This document shows, one piece after another, positions 29,263 to 38,518 of a DNA stretch of 64,000 nt (its first letter is position 1; every line of letters begins with the position of its first letter). A program made the translations under genes and the position numbers. Source of the DNA: an uncultured delta proteobacterium (GTDB taxonomy: Bacteria; Desulfobacterota; Desulfobacteria; Desulfobacterales; QNYZ01); the NCBI GenBank assembly GCA_963845145.1, contig CAWJQU010000004.1:288001-352000 (forward strand), read 5' to 3'. The notes under the pieces are model-generated. The model saw nothing but the letters and a program-made list of their open reading frames with translations, made no database searches and had not been told where the DNA came from.

Positions 29263-29511
29263 AGTTGTAGGAAGGATGTGCCGCGAATTATTTGATAATC
29301 AAATTTTAAATTGAGTAGTAACTTTATCTGTTTATTTCTCCAAATCTCTATTCCGCCTCAATTATTTTCTGACTGAAATTTTACAGTTGTTGTACTACCT
29401 GAAGTGTCCACTAATGAATAACCAGGAGGCGGAATCGTCTCAGGAATCAAAATCAGGCGAATTTCTCGGTTTAAAATATCGGCTGAGTGCAGAGATCGGG
29501 TTGATCGTTTA

Positions 29512-30240
29512 TTATCTGGAAAGAAACCACTGCAAAGCCAAAATAAGACTCAGGTGAGCGGGGTAAAAAGCATAGAAAAAATACTTATGTTTTGACCTGC
29601 CAGGTGTAGGCTCCATGTATTTATACGCGACAGCTGCAAAAGCAATAGATAGCGCAAAGCAGGTTTCAAATAAGACCGTGTGGGCGTCACTGTAAAAAGC
29701 GGTGGGTAGTATGATCGCCATCACGGGATTATCCTGAAAGGGTATGGGGGGCCGAGCTGTCAGAAAAAGGGCTGGAAATACGACCAGGTATTTATTTTTG
29801 AGGGAAAGAAACAATAACAGCAGAACACCGGGCAGTCCATACTCTATAGAAAAAATATAGTGGTTAAACAGGGCAACCGTTATAGATAATATGACCAACC
29901 AACAGTACCTGTTATTGTAATACAAAAACATAGCCAGCAGCCCCAGCGATAAGGTGGCCATGATATTCAGGCGCTCCAAACCGAATGTAACATAGGCCAC
30001 CTGTGCTAAGAGCCCAAAAAACAACAATCTGGAAATGTACTTGGTTGGAAATCGGCCCTGGTAAAAGTGGGCATAGTTGTAAGCAATCAATATGGCAAAC
30101 AATGGAAAAGCCAATCTTCCCATGGCTCTACCCGGCTGGTATCCATTTAACAGATGTTCACTGACATGGTCGACAACCATCGAAATGATTGCCAGCCATT
30201 TTAAAAACGCCTGGCCCATGACCATATTGGTTAGACGCAT
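29512..30240 (-). CDS. TraX-family membrane protein (acyltransferase-like)
   Basis: LKWLAIISMVVDH, GRLAFPLFA, NIMATL, EYG and FFYAFYPAHL. Confidence 0.85.
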   Translation of the reverse strand: MRLTNMVMGQAFLKWLAIISMVVDHVSEHLLNGYQPGRAMGRLAFPLFAILIAYNYAHFYQGRFPTKYISRLLFFGLLAQVAYVTFGLERLNIMATLSLGLLAMFLYYNNRYCWLVILSITVALFNHYIFSIEYGLPGVLLLLFLSLKNKYLVVFPALFLTARPPIPFQDNPVMAIILPTAFYSDAHTVLFETCFALSIAFAAVAYKYMEPTPGRSKHKYFFYAFYPAHLSLILALQWFLSR

Positions 30241-30241
30241 C

Positions 30242-31231
30242 CTAATTTAGTTTGTCCAAATCTGGTTTTTTCACATGCGGTTTATTCACATGTGGTTTAT
30301 CAAGTCGGGCATGATAAAATTGTTTGATCTCATCCTTTTGAAAGCGATAGCTGGTGTTGCAGAAATGGCAGGTAACCGCCAAGGGAAATGGCCCCTTTTC
30401 AATAATATCCGCCAATTCGGTCACAGGCATTATGCGAATGTAGCCTCCCATTCGGTCTCTGTTACAGGAGCAGTGGAATTCAACCCGCTCATGGTCCAGG
30501 ATTTTGGGCTTCTGGTCTGCAAAATGTTTAGCCAAAAGGGATTCCGGGGTTTCCCGAGCCGCACTCCATTCACCCAAAGAAGGCATACGGGCCACACGCT
30601 CTTCCAAGGTGGATAATAAGGATTCTTTCGCCTGGGGTAGAGCCTGCAAAAAAAGACCGCCCGCTCCTGCCACTAAGCCCTGGCGGTCAAATTTGATACT
30701 AAGATGAAATGCCGTGGGGATCTGCTCCGATTCAAAATAGTAATTGGCCAGGTCTTTAGCCAGGCTACCGTTGAGCAAGGCGGTTTGACCGGTAAACGGA
30801 TGTTTAGCATCTTGAAGATAGCGGGTCAGGGACAGCACACCCGGTCCGTAGAATGGCGTCAGGTCAAAGCTTTCCATGGGCTGCTCGAGAGGAATGGGGA
30901 CACGGAACAGATACCCGCGCACTTCTCCTAATGTATTGGCATCGACAGCCCAACCTTTGATGGGACCACTGCAATTTATTTGAATTCGTAGTCGATTGGT
31001 GGCTTTTAGTTCTGCTGCCGTGAGCGCCGCAGCCAGGTAGGCTTGCCCCAAAACGAAAGTTTCTAAAATGCCCAATTTATGATTGGCACGCATTTCCGTA
31101 ATCATCCTTGGCGCATTGATCAGTGCACCACGCACCGTCCCACCCCCAAGAACGAATTTATAGACGCGATCCCGGGCACGTGCTTTTAGAGCAGCTTTCC
31201 GAACATCCCCTTTAATTTTAACTTTTTCCAT
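30242..31231 (-). CDS. hslO: Hsp33 redox-regulated chaperone
   Basis: GPIKG, GEVRGY, SEQIPT, AGGLFLQALP and the CSC...CHFC zinc centre. Confidence 0.9.
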   Translation of the reverse strand: MEKVKIKGDVRKAALKARARDRVYKFVLGGGTVRGALINAPRMITEMRANHKLGILETFVLGQAYLAAALTAAELKATNRLRIQINCSGPIKGWAVDANTLGEVRGYLFRVPIPLEQPMESFDLTPFYGPGVLSLTRYLQDAKHPFTGQTALLNGSLAKDLANYYFESEQIPTAFHLSIKFDRQGLVAGAGGLFLQALPQAKESLLSTLEERVARMPSLGEWSAARETPESLLAKHFADQKPKILDHERVEFHCSCNRDRMGGYIRIMPVTELADIIEKGPFPLAVTCHFCNTSYRFQKDEIKQFYHARLDKPHVNKPHVKKPDLDKLN

Positions 31232-31614
31232 ATTATTCCGATGGGTAAATTTTTATCTTTCGATTCATATTGATTTATGAGCCAACCTTTATCCGGCTTG
31301 TTCTTGAATGTCAAAGATCACTCAACCATTGGGCGGAACCCAACATTTTAACGCATAATGAATTGAAGCGACCATTAAAGGTAGCCTTTGAGCAGCGTTT
31401 GCGCAGGCCATCGCTTTCCTGCCAACACTCATTGTTGTTTTCGGCCTCAGGAGTCCGTTTTCGTTTTAAAAAGTGAGGTAACAAGAGATCGCCGGTATCT
31501 ATTTTGCATGTCAATTGGAATACATGGACTTGGTTTAATCATTGACTTAATTGATGAAAGTGGTATCTACCCAAAGAAAAATTGTGATGTGGACCTTTCA
31601 ATCGTAACTGGAGT

Positions 31615-32169
31615 TTGAATTTAGTGGATTCTGATCGTCGTTTGTTTTTAAAAACCGGCATTGCGGCCATGGCCTTACTTTGGCACCCGCAAAGTGCTTT
31701 TTCCGCCATTAATAAGGCACCTGTCGTCAAAAAGACCTTAGATTTCTATAATACCCATACCGGTGAGCGGATTGTCGCTGCCTATTATGTTAACGGTGAA
31801 TACCAACCCCGGCAATTGGGCAAAATAAATCATATTCTCCGCGATCACCGAACCGAAAGTATCCACCCCATTGATACGGAATTACTAAACATCCTCTTCG
31901 ATATTCAATCCCATCTCAAAATCAGAAAACCGTTTCATGTGATTTCCGGTTACCGATCACACGCCACGAACGCCATGCTCGCCAAATCGTCTTCCGGTGT
32001 GGCGAAGAAGAGCCTGCACACAAAGGGCATGGCTATTGATATTCGGTTACCAGGATTAAAAACGAAAACGCTCAGGGACACCTGTATTAAATTGCAGGCC
32101 GGGGGTGTTGGGTATTATCCGAAATCAAATTTTGTACATGTGGATATTGGTTCGGTACGATATTGGTGA
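31615..32169 (+). CDS. ycbK: DUF882/YcbK-type M15 peptidoglycan endopeptidase with Tat signal
   Basis: DRRLFLK, YNTHTGE, ISGYRS, SLHTKGMAID and GGVGYYPKSNFVHVD. Confidence 0.88.
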   Translation: MNLVDSDRRLFLKTGIAAMALLWHPQSAFSAINKAPVVKKTLDFYNTHTGERIVAAYYVNGEYQPRQLGKINHILRDHRTESIHPIDTELLNILFDIQSHLKIRKPFHVISGYRSHATNAMLAKSSSGVAKKSLHTKGMAIDIRLPGLKTKTLRDTCIKLQAGGVGYYPKSNFVHVDIGSVRYW

Positions 32170-32257
32170 TTACACCAACAACCGGGTAGCCTATAATTAG
32201 GGCTTGCGACAAAATAACGCCAGATTTTCAATAGGCGGTCTACCCCAACTGGCAAGG

Positions 32258-33994
32258 TTATAAAAGCTTGGAAAGCTTTCCTGCCTGCTGAGGAATTCGC
32301 TTCTCCAGCGCCTGGAACAAAGGCACGTCCCGGTTGTAAATATCTTCTCTAAATTGCGGAATGCCATCTTCGCTGATCCATGCCGTCATATAAACAAGAT
32401 GTATTCGAATCGGACGCTTCAGCATGCACAACCTTCTCTCTTACCGTTTTTTATCGTATGAATAAGCTTTTCCCGTGTCCAGGCAGAATTGCCAGATAGC
32501 AGATGCGTTGCCAGATCAACCGGATTTTCAGTCCGGATACAGCCGGAACTGAAATCGCGCACCGTTTCATTAAAAAGATTCCGATTCGGCGTGTCGTGGA
32601 TATAAACGGAGAATTTATTGGGAAACATGAATTTTAATCTTCCCAATGCATTCATTTTCACCCGGGTCCTGCCTTAAATGATAAGGGAAATAGTTCATGT
32701 TCAAAACATCCCAATCAATGGATTCGGGTTGTAATTCCCGAGCATCCGCCTTCCAACCGGAAAAAAGTCTAAACTGATTTTTCTTTAAATAGGCCGGGTC
32801 TTGCCTTACTTTTGGTAGAATATCTTTTATGGCAATGGAGGTCGGCACCGACCAATATGGATTTATTACCAAGTAGGAGAGGATTGAACTGAATACCGGC
32901 GTCTTTCGTGCCGGTTTACCTACTACCACGCGAGCATTGAATACCGTCTGTCCTTTTTCAATCACAGATAGTCTGAAATCCGCCGTATTGGCCAGAATGA
33001 ATCGGTCGCCAAAATCATGAGGCAACCAACGCCAACGTTCCAGATTAAGTTCAATTTTACGGATTTGATCTTCCACCGGGATATTTAGGGCTGCTATGGT
33101 TTTTTTGCCTATAATTCCATCGGGGTTCAATCCATGGCGTGCCTGGAATTTAATCATCGCTTTTTCAAGGTCTTCATCATAAATATCTGATTCGGTTTTA
33201 TCGTTTACACCGACCAGATCTCCACTGATGGAAAGCCGCTCATACAATTGACTTATTCTTGGATCCTGGTCATTTTTGCGGATCGACCGACCCGAAGCCA
33301 AGACCGGCCATCCACCATTAGCGGCAATCGTTCGATATTCTCGTAGTAAAGTCCTAAGTCCATGATAGCCTCTGTGTGGTGGTCGTAATTGGTTAAATAT
33401 AGCGGAAAATTTTTCAGAAGATGACGCCACTTTTAAAATATTGACCAGATCGGCATGATTTTCGGCGATTATCCAATCCGGGTGCAGGCTTTCGGGATTG
33501 ATCCGTCCTCCCAACAGATGCGAACCAAATAATAAGAATGCGTCTGAAAATAAGATCTCAAGGTCGGTCCACATGGGGATCGCTTCCGCCGAGTCGTGCC
33601 TTTGGCGAAATGTTAGCTGTTGAATCAACTCCTGAATGCGAGGCAGGTGATAATCCCGGTTTCTAAGACCATCGTCGTCAGCACCCTCCAAAGATGAGAT
33701 AAGCGTATTTGCCTCAGCGGAAATACCGGTTGCGTTAACCCATAGCGGGTTATAATCGCGATCAATATAGAGATCGGGGATAAGTGACGTCCCACAGATA
33801 AACTCACCCTGGCATACCAGTCCTTTTTGAAACAGTTGCTGTTCGATTCGTTTTTTCAAATCTGCTCTTAGAAGCTGTGCGAATCCGTCAGTCCCAATGG
33901 CGCTGCCGGGAAACCAGAGGAGAGCCAATAGGAAAACCAAACCAATCGGCAATCGTGTGCGACGGATGAATCTTTTTAAATATTGAAAAGGCAT
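32258..33994 (-). CDS. ycbB: L,D-transpeptidase YcbB/LdtD-like, with two frameshifts (about 32655 and 32421-32445)
   Basis: Scaffold and PG-binding domains (FQARHGLNPDGIIG), NPYWSVP. Second frame: NALGRLKFMFPN, YIHDTP, SSGCIR. Third frame: IHLVYMTAW...FREDIYNRD to TAA at 32258. Confidence 0.8.
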
Positions 33995-34192
33995 AATCGT
34001 ATTCGCTCCAGAGGCGTATCCGTATTTTTATGTGTTAGCACTATTTTTTGTCCACGTTATCTTTTTATAAGATTGACCTCTATGTTCAGCCACACGGTTA
34101 GCTTGAATTTATATTCAATATAATACAAATGAATACAATTGCACCAAAATATCCGACCATCGATTGATCTAAGGAGTCGCGCAAAACCGCAT

Positions 34193-36298
34193 TCAATCCC
34201 TATAAACATATGACTCAAGAATTTTTTGCTGCCAGCGCTCATTGTAGTCTTCAGCTTCAGGAACGCCTTCTCTTCTCAGGGTGTGGGCAAAATGGATGCG
34301 GACGAAATCTCTAAAGCGCTTTTCGACCACCTTGCGGATGGGGGGGTATAGTTCGGCGTGCATCTTGTCATCGACATCACTAAAATTGAAAAAGATGGCG
34401 AGATTGTTGATGACACTGTTGCGAGTATTGATGGAAACCTCTTTTTCGTCCAAGGCAACCATGAGCTGGTTGGCTACGTCCACCAGAGCGTGGCGGATAA
34501 GCATCAGGATATGCTTTTTTTGATCGCTGGTCCAGAAGATGCGGTTGCGGTCCATGCTGAGTTCGCATTTTTCGGCACCCTTTAAGTTGATTCGGCCGAT
34601 AATGTTGGCCCGGGCGCTTTCGGGCAACAGGGAATCGATTTGGGTCACAAAGATGCCATCCTGGAATACGGATACGCCGCCTTTGGCCGTTTCCAGGGCA
34701 AAGATATGGCCGCTGTTTTTTTTGGCACCAATAAATATGTATCCTTCCGAGTGGTTAAATTTTAGTGGGGCCACAAACCCGAAGGATGATCTTTTTTCAT
34801 GGGCATAGGAGAGGGGATGATTGCCGAGAAGGGTGGCCTTGCCTTTTTCGTCGATTACTTTGACCGGGATTTGCAGAAAGCGGATGTTGGTTTTTAAATA
34901 CCCCATGTATTCCAGGCTGCGGCTGTAGTTCATTTTGGATTTTTTCAGGTAAAGCGTAACTTCGGTGCCGATGGGGTGATCATCCGCCAGGGGACGGACG
35001 TCAAAATAATCCCTCAAGCTGGTGACGGTGATCATCAGGCCCTGGGCGGATTTTTTACGGGTTTTGATGATGATTTTATCGGCCACAAGAAAACTGGATA
35101 AAAAACCGATGCCGAACTGGCTGATAAAACCGATGTCAATGCGTGTATCCTGGTTAATGTCTTTGATTTCATCCGATTGATAAAAGGAGATGCCGATGGA
35201 TAGAAAATATTTTTCGATCCAATGCCGGTCCATGCCAATGCCGTTATCACGAATGGTGACAATGCTGATATCCGGGTTAAAGGTGATGGTAATTTCGGGC
35301 GAATAGGTTTTGTCATTAAGTTTGCGCATGCTACAGGCATCCACCGCATTTTGGATCAGTTCGCGCAGGAAGACACGCTTGTCCGCGTAGAGCCGATTGC
35401 CCATGAACAGTTGCAGGGCGGCGGATGAATCCACGTTAAACTTGAGATCCATGGGCTGGTAGTCCGTGGGTTCGATCTCGAAAATGATGTCGGAGAAAAA
35501 AAAGCGGGGGCGAATGCGTTGATTGAATTCGGTTAACAGTTGTTGCACGGCGCGTTCGTGGTGTTTCAGGGCGCGGTGAACTTCCGGATGGCGGCAACTG
35601 ATTTTTATCTGGATAGTGGCGGGGAAATAGGGATGGGGGCCGACCCGGCCCACATCAAAGTATTGATCAGGACGCTCAATCAGCGTGTTGTTTTGATCGG
35701 GCAGGAGGGCCTGAATCTCTCTGGACGTGGTGACGGCCTTTAATGCCAGCGCTTTGGAAAGGCGCAAGAACCCTGCCAGCAATGCAATGTCAATGGGTGT
35801 ATCGGCAAAGGAGACATTTTGAAGACCCCGCGCCTTGTTTTTAGGGTTGCCTTGGTTGTCCTGATTGTTTGGGGGATCCATGCGCAGCGCTATTTCGGCG
35901 ATGATTTCGGCTTTGGCCGAATCGGCCACGCCTAAATCTTTCCATTGGCGCCGGATCAAATCATGAGATTGCTGCCCGAGACTTCTTGGGGCGCCCTGGA
36001 CATTGGGATCGCCATCGCCATCCGCCAATTCAATGTCGTAGAGGCCAATGTCGCACAGGTAGGCTGCAGCAGCCAGAAAAAAGACCACCCATTCATTTTG
36101 ATTCAAAACCTGTTTTTGTTCATCATCTAAGAGCCAATCTTCCAAATAATCCAGAAACAGGTTGCCCTGAGAGATAAAATCGATATCCTTGGAGACGCCC
36201 CCCTCCACTCGGGTCGCGGTGAGATTTTGAATCGATACGCGGATCGATTCGAGTTCTGTTTTCCGCTCTGAACTTTTTATCCATAGGGATTTTTCCAT
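34193..36298 (-). CDS. Degenerate HD-CE-like domain fused to an HSP90-type (GHKL) ATPase
   Basis: FLRELIQNAVDA, DNGIGM and QFGIGFLSSF; the N-terminal AAAYLCDIG corresponds to the HD motif LHDIG with His replaced by Cys. Confidence 0.75.
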   Translation of the reverse strand: MEKSLWIKSSERKTELESIRVSIQNLTATRVEGGVSKDIDFISQGNLFLDYLEDWLLDDEQKQVLNQNEWVVFFLAAAAYLCDIGLYDIELADGDGDPNVQGAPRSLGQQSHDLIRRQWKDLGVADSAKAEIIAEIALRMDPPNNQDNQGNPKNKARGLQNVSFADTPIDIALLAGFLRLSKALALKAVTTSREIQALLPDQNNTLIERPDQYFDVGRVGPHPYFPATIQIKISCRHPEVHRALKHHERAVQQLLTEFNQRIRPRFFFSDIIFEIEPTDYQPMDLKFNVDSSAALQLFMGNRLYADKRVFLRELIQNAVDACSMRKLNDKTYSPEITITFNPDISIVTIRDNGIGMDRHWIEKYFLSIGISFYQSDEIKDINQDTRIDIGFISQFGIGFLSSFLVADKIIIKTRKKSAQGLMITVTSLRDYFDVRPLADDHPIGTEVTLYLKKSKMNYSRSLEYMGYLKTNIRFLQIPVKVIDEKGKATLLGNHPLSYAHEKRSSFGFVAPLKFNHSEGYIFIGAKKNSGHIFALETAKGGVSVFQDGIFVTQIDSLLPESARANIIGRINLKGAEKCELSMDRNRIFWTSDQKKHILMLIRHALVDVANQLMVALDEKEVSINTRNSVINNLAIFFNFSDVDDKMHAELYPPIRKVVEKRFRDFVRIHFAHTLRREGVPEAEDYNERWQQKILESYVYRD

Positions 36299-36444
36299 TT
36301 ATGTGGCTCCTTGGCAATTGGTAGATCAGGTTCATCGGAACTTAATCAAATGGGTGGGGACTCAATAGAATATGGGATGTATATGCCAATGCGTCAAGGC
36401 GACCATACAGGATAGTGGCTGTATCATTACAAAGGGGTGTAAGC

Positions 36445-37062
36445 TTATTGTAAATATCGGTAGTGGCCGGAAATGGGATACGAAAACAGCGCGTCCTCAA
36501 GCTTGGGCCCACGGCCTATGTTGTGTACTATCAATGGATTTCCGGAATCTTTGCTATATTGATCGGTGACGATTCCAATGTGGGGCAGATTTCCGGGAAG
36601 CATCCATGTAACCAAATCTCCTGGGGAGAAATCTTGGGCTTTATTTGTTACACGAAGATTTTGGCCATAGCGCGTGAAGAAGACCTGTAAATTGGGGACA
36701 CGTCGGTGGTCAATGTTTGGGTCCGGTCGATTTAATCCCCATATATTTTTAGACGGGTATAATGAAAAGTTTCTTTTCATGTCTTTATGAACCAATTTCT
36801 GAAGATCGATTCCTAATTTTCTGTAAGACCTGATAATCACATCCGTGCAGACACCAATATTTGCGGGTACGTCGCCTCCCGGATACTTTATCGTGTGGTA
36901 ACTTCCATCGTACGTGATGTGATATTTCGTTCTTTCCAGTGCCGCTTTAATGAGTTCGGCGCTTGTTTTGGCAAGTACGGTTGTAGGAAGTACAAGAAAT
37001 AAAGCGATTAAAAATGGTAGGTGTTTTTTTAGCATATGCCACAAATTTCTCCATTCGCCCAT
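36445..37062 (-). CDS. DUF1287 (YijF-like, NlpC/P60-related) exported protein
   Basis: YPGGDVP, GVCTDVIIR, NIDHRRVPNL, HIGIV and VHNIG; signal peptide. Confidence 0.88.
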   Translation of the reverse strand: MGEWRNLWHMLKKHLPFLIALFLVLPTTVLAKTSAELIKAALERTKYHITYDGSYHTIKYPGGDVPANIGVCTDVIIRSYRKLGIDLQKLVHKDMKRNFSLYPSKNIWGLNRPDPNIDHRRVPNLQVFFTRYGQNLRVTNKAQDFSPGDLVTWMLPGNLPHIGIVTDQYSKDSGNPLIVHNIGRGPKLEDALFSYPISGHYRYLQ

Positions 37063-37084
37063 TTAGGGCGCGTCATCGTCTTTT

Positions 37085-37405
37085 CTACAATTTGTTTAAT
37101 ATCGTGACCTTCCAGTTCAGGTCAATCTTATTGAGCTCTTTTGCGAATTTCGGCATATTTTTGTTAATCGCGGTCATAATATAATTAACCTCAGCTTTTG
37201 GGCGAGACCAGTTTTCGGTTGACCAGGCAAATACGGATATCACCTCAAAGTTTAGATCAATGCATGTTTCAAGTATCGTTGGAATGCGTTTATATCCTGC
37301 CCTATGCCCAGAGCTTCGAGGAAGACCACGGGCTTTAGCCCATCTCCCATTGCCATCCATGATAAATGCAATGTGTTATGGTATGCTTCTCAAATTAAAT
37401 TCCAC
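37085..37405 (-). pseudogene. uppS: Truncated undecaprenyl-diphosphate synthase fragment
   Basis: AGGAG RBS and GTG 37405 give MEFNLRSIP-TAA-HIAFIMDGNGRWA...GH...FAWSTENW.RP. There is an internal stop at 37376-37378 and the C-terminal half is missing. Confidence 0.8.
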
Positions 37406-37509
37406 ATGATCTCCTAAAAGAAACGCAAAATCCCGCATTTGAAAGCTATCCTCAACGGTTGCTTCCAAAAAAGGTACCTGGTGCATGAGCAAGGTAAAAT
37501 GGGTGGCCT

Positions 37510-37650
37510 ATGCCTATATATGTCTTCCTCAAGTTCATTGGTAAGACATCTGTTATCAATTGTTCAATTTAGTTTGGATTGGTTTTCATCAGGAAATCAA
37601 GAACCTTTTAATAAACCTTGTGGGAGATAGTGTTGTCCCTTTATTAGCAT
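37510..37650 (-). pseudogene. Decayed N-terminal fragment resembling DUF4238 proteins
   Basis: MLIKGQHYLPQGLLKGS followed by stops; QHYxPQxxLKG is the typical DUF4238 start. It begins 14 bp after a GTTAAAT core site. Left boundary approximate. Confidence 0.45.
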
Positions 37651-37657
37651 GATATCT

Positions 37658-37736
37658 ATTTAACACTCGTGTCATGAGTCGAAAACCGTCTGACGACGCC
37701 GGCAGCTTAGGGGGCCATTGATAACGTTGGTTAGCC
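37658..37736 (-). mobile_element. Degenerate attC-like site
   Basis: Minus strand GGCTAAC (overlapping the stop of 37731-38108)-CAACG-TTATCAATG...CATGACA-CGAGT-GTTAAAT. Confidence 0.45.
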
Positions 37737-38108
37737 CCCACCGCTTACTTTCTGTAAAAATTTATACAGCTTCTTGCACGTAGCGTCGTATGAACGGAAA
37801 TCCTCTTCCGTGACCAGATGACGACAATATGGTCCACCTTCCTCATCAATTTGTTCGAGTAAATGGTCTTTGGGGGAAATGTTGTATTTGTCATCAATAT
37901 TGATTCTTCGGACCAACTCACCGCCTAATTGCCACAGGTTATCCATGTGCCTTCGGATCGTTTTCTTCTTTAGCCCCGATTTATCAAGATGCACGACGAA
38001 CTCTTCAAAGGTTTCAAGTAGTTCTTTTGAAAACGATAAGTCGTCATTGACCAGACTCCAACGGTTAGGCCAATCAGGAAAATCTTTGCATATGTCTATT
38101 GTTAGCAT
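37731..38108 (-). CDS. Hypothetical protein (cassette-borne)
   Basis: 125 aa, AT-rich, 3 bp after the upstream ORF; its stop codon lies within the inverse core site. Confidence 0.7.
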   Translation of the reverse strand: MLTIDICKDFPDWPNRWSLVNDDLSFSKELLETFEEFVVHLDKSGLKKKTIRRHMDNLWQLGGELVRRINIDDKYNISPKDHLLEQIDEEGGPYCRHLVTEEDFRSYDATCKKLYKFLQKVSGGG

Positions 38109-38111
38109 CTA

Positions 38112-38378
38112 CTATTTTGTCATACTTAATATTTTTTCAGTCGCTTCATCAAGATCCATGTCATACAATTCAAAGCAATCGTCTTCGCTTATTGATATAT
38201 TAAAAGTTTTTTCAATATCAATAAATGGCGGTGTGTCTTCAATTATGTCAGGAGGATTGGTTATCGACCACATACACGCCATTTGCGTTGATTTTGGAGG
38301 ATTTTTATATCGTTTTTTGTATTTCATGAATATTTGAAATAATTTTTCATAGGTTTCTTTTTTTGAATAGTTTATCAT
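38112..38378 (-). CDS. Small hypothetical protein with an acidic, acyl-carrier-like C-terminal half (cassette-borne)
   Basis: 88 aa; DIEKTFNISISEDD...DLDEATEKI resembles ACP helices II-IV; starts just after a GTTAAAA core. Confidence 0.6.
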   Translation of the reverse strand: MINYSKKETYEKLFQIFMKYKKRYKNPPKSTQMACMWSITNPPDIIEDTPPFIDIEKTFNISISEDDCFELYDMDLDEATEKILSMTK

Positions 38379-38387
38379 TTTTTTTCA

Positions 38388-38514
38388 TTTTAACGTTTAA
38401 ATCACCGCGTGCAAAAGACTTCCACAAAATTATGCCAAGACGAAAAATGTGGAATAACGTCAAAAACTCAAGAAAGCCGCGGCCTTTTGCATCCAGTGCA
38501 TTTTTTTGTTATGT
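38388..38514 (-). mobile_element. attC recombination site (127 bp)
   Basis: Minus strand ACATAAC-AAAAA-AATGCACTGGATGCAAAAG...CTTTTGCACGCGGTGATTT-AAAC-GTTAAAA, 4 bp after the DUF2075 stop. TCACATAAC is complementary to GTTATGTGA at the cassette start (40520-40512). Confidence 0.8.
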
Positions 38515-38518
38515 GATT

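Noticed and set aside
29395..29425. AGTGGACAC resembling part of an IS3-type inverted repeat
   Set aside because: Too short, with no partner end or transposase.
29512..30240. Conjugative element implied by the TraX-family gene
   Set aside because: No other tra, relaxase or integrase genes; it abuts hslO, and stand-alone TraX-like genes are common on chromosomes.
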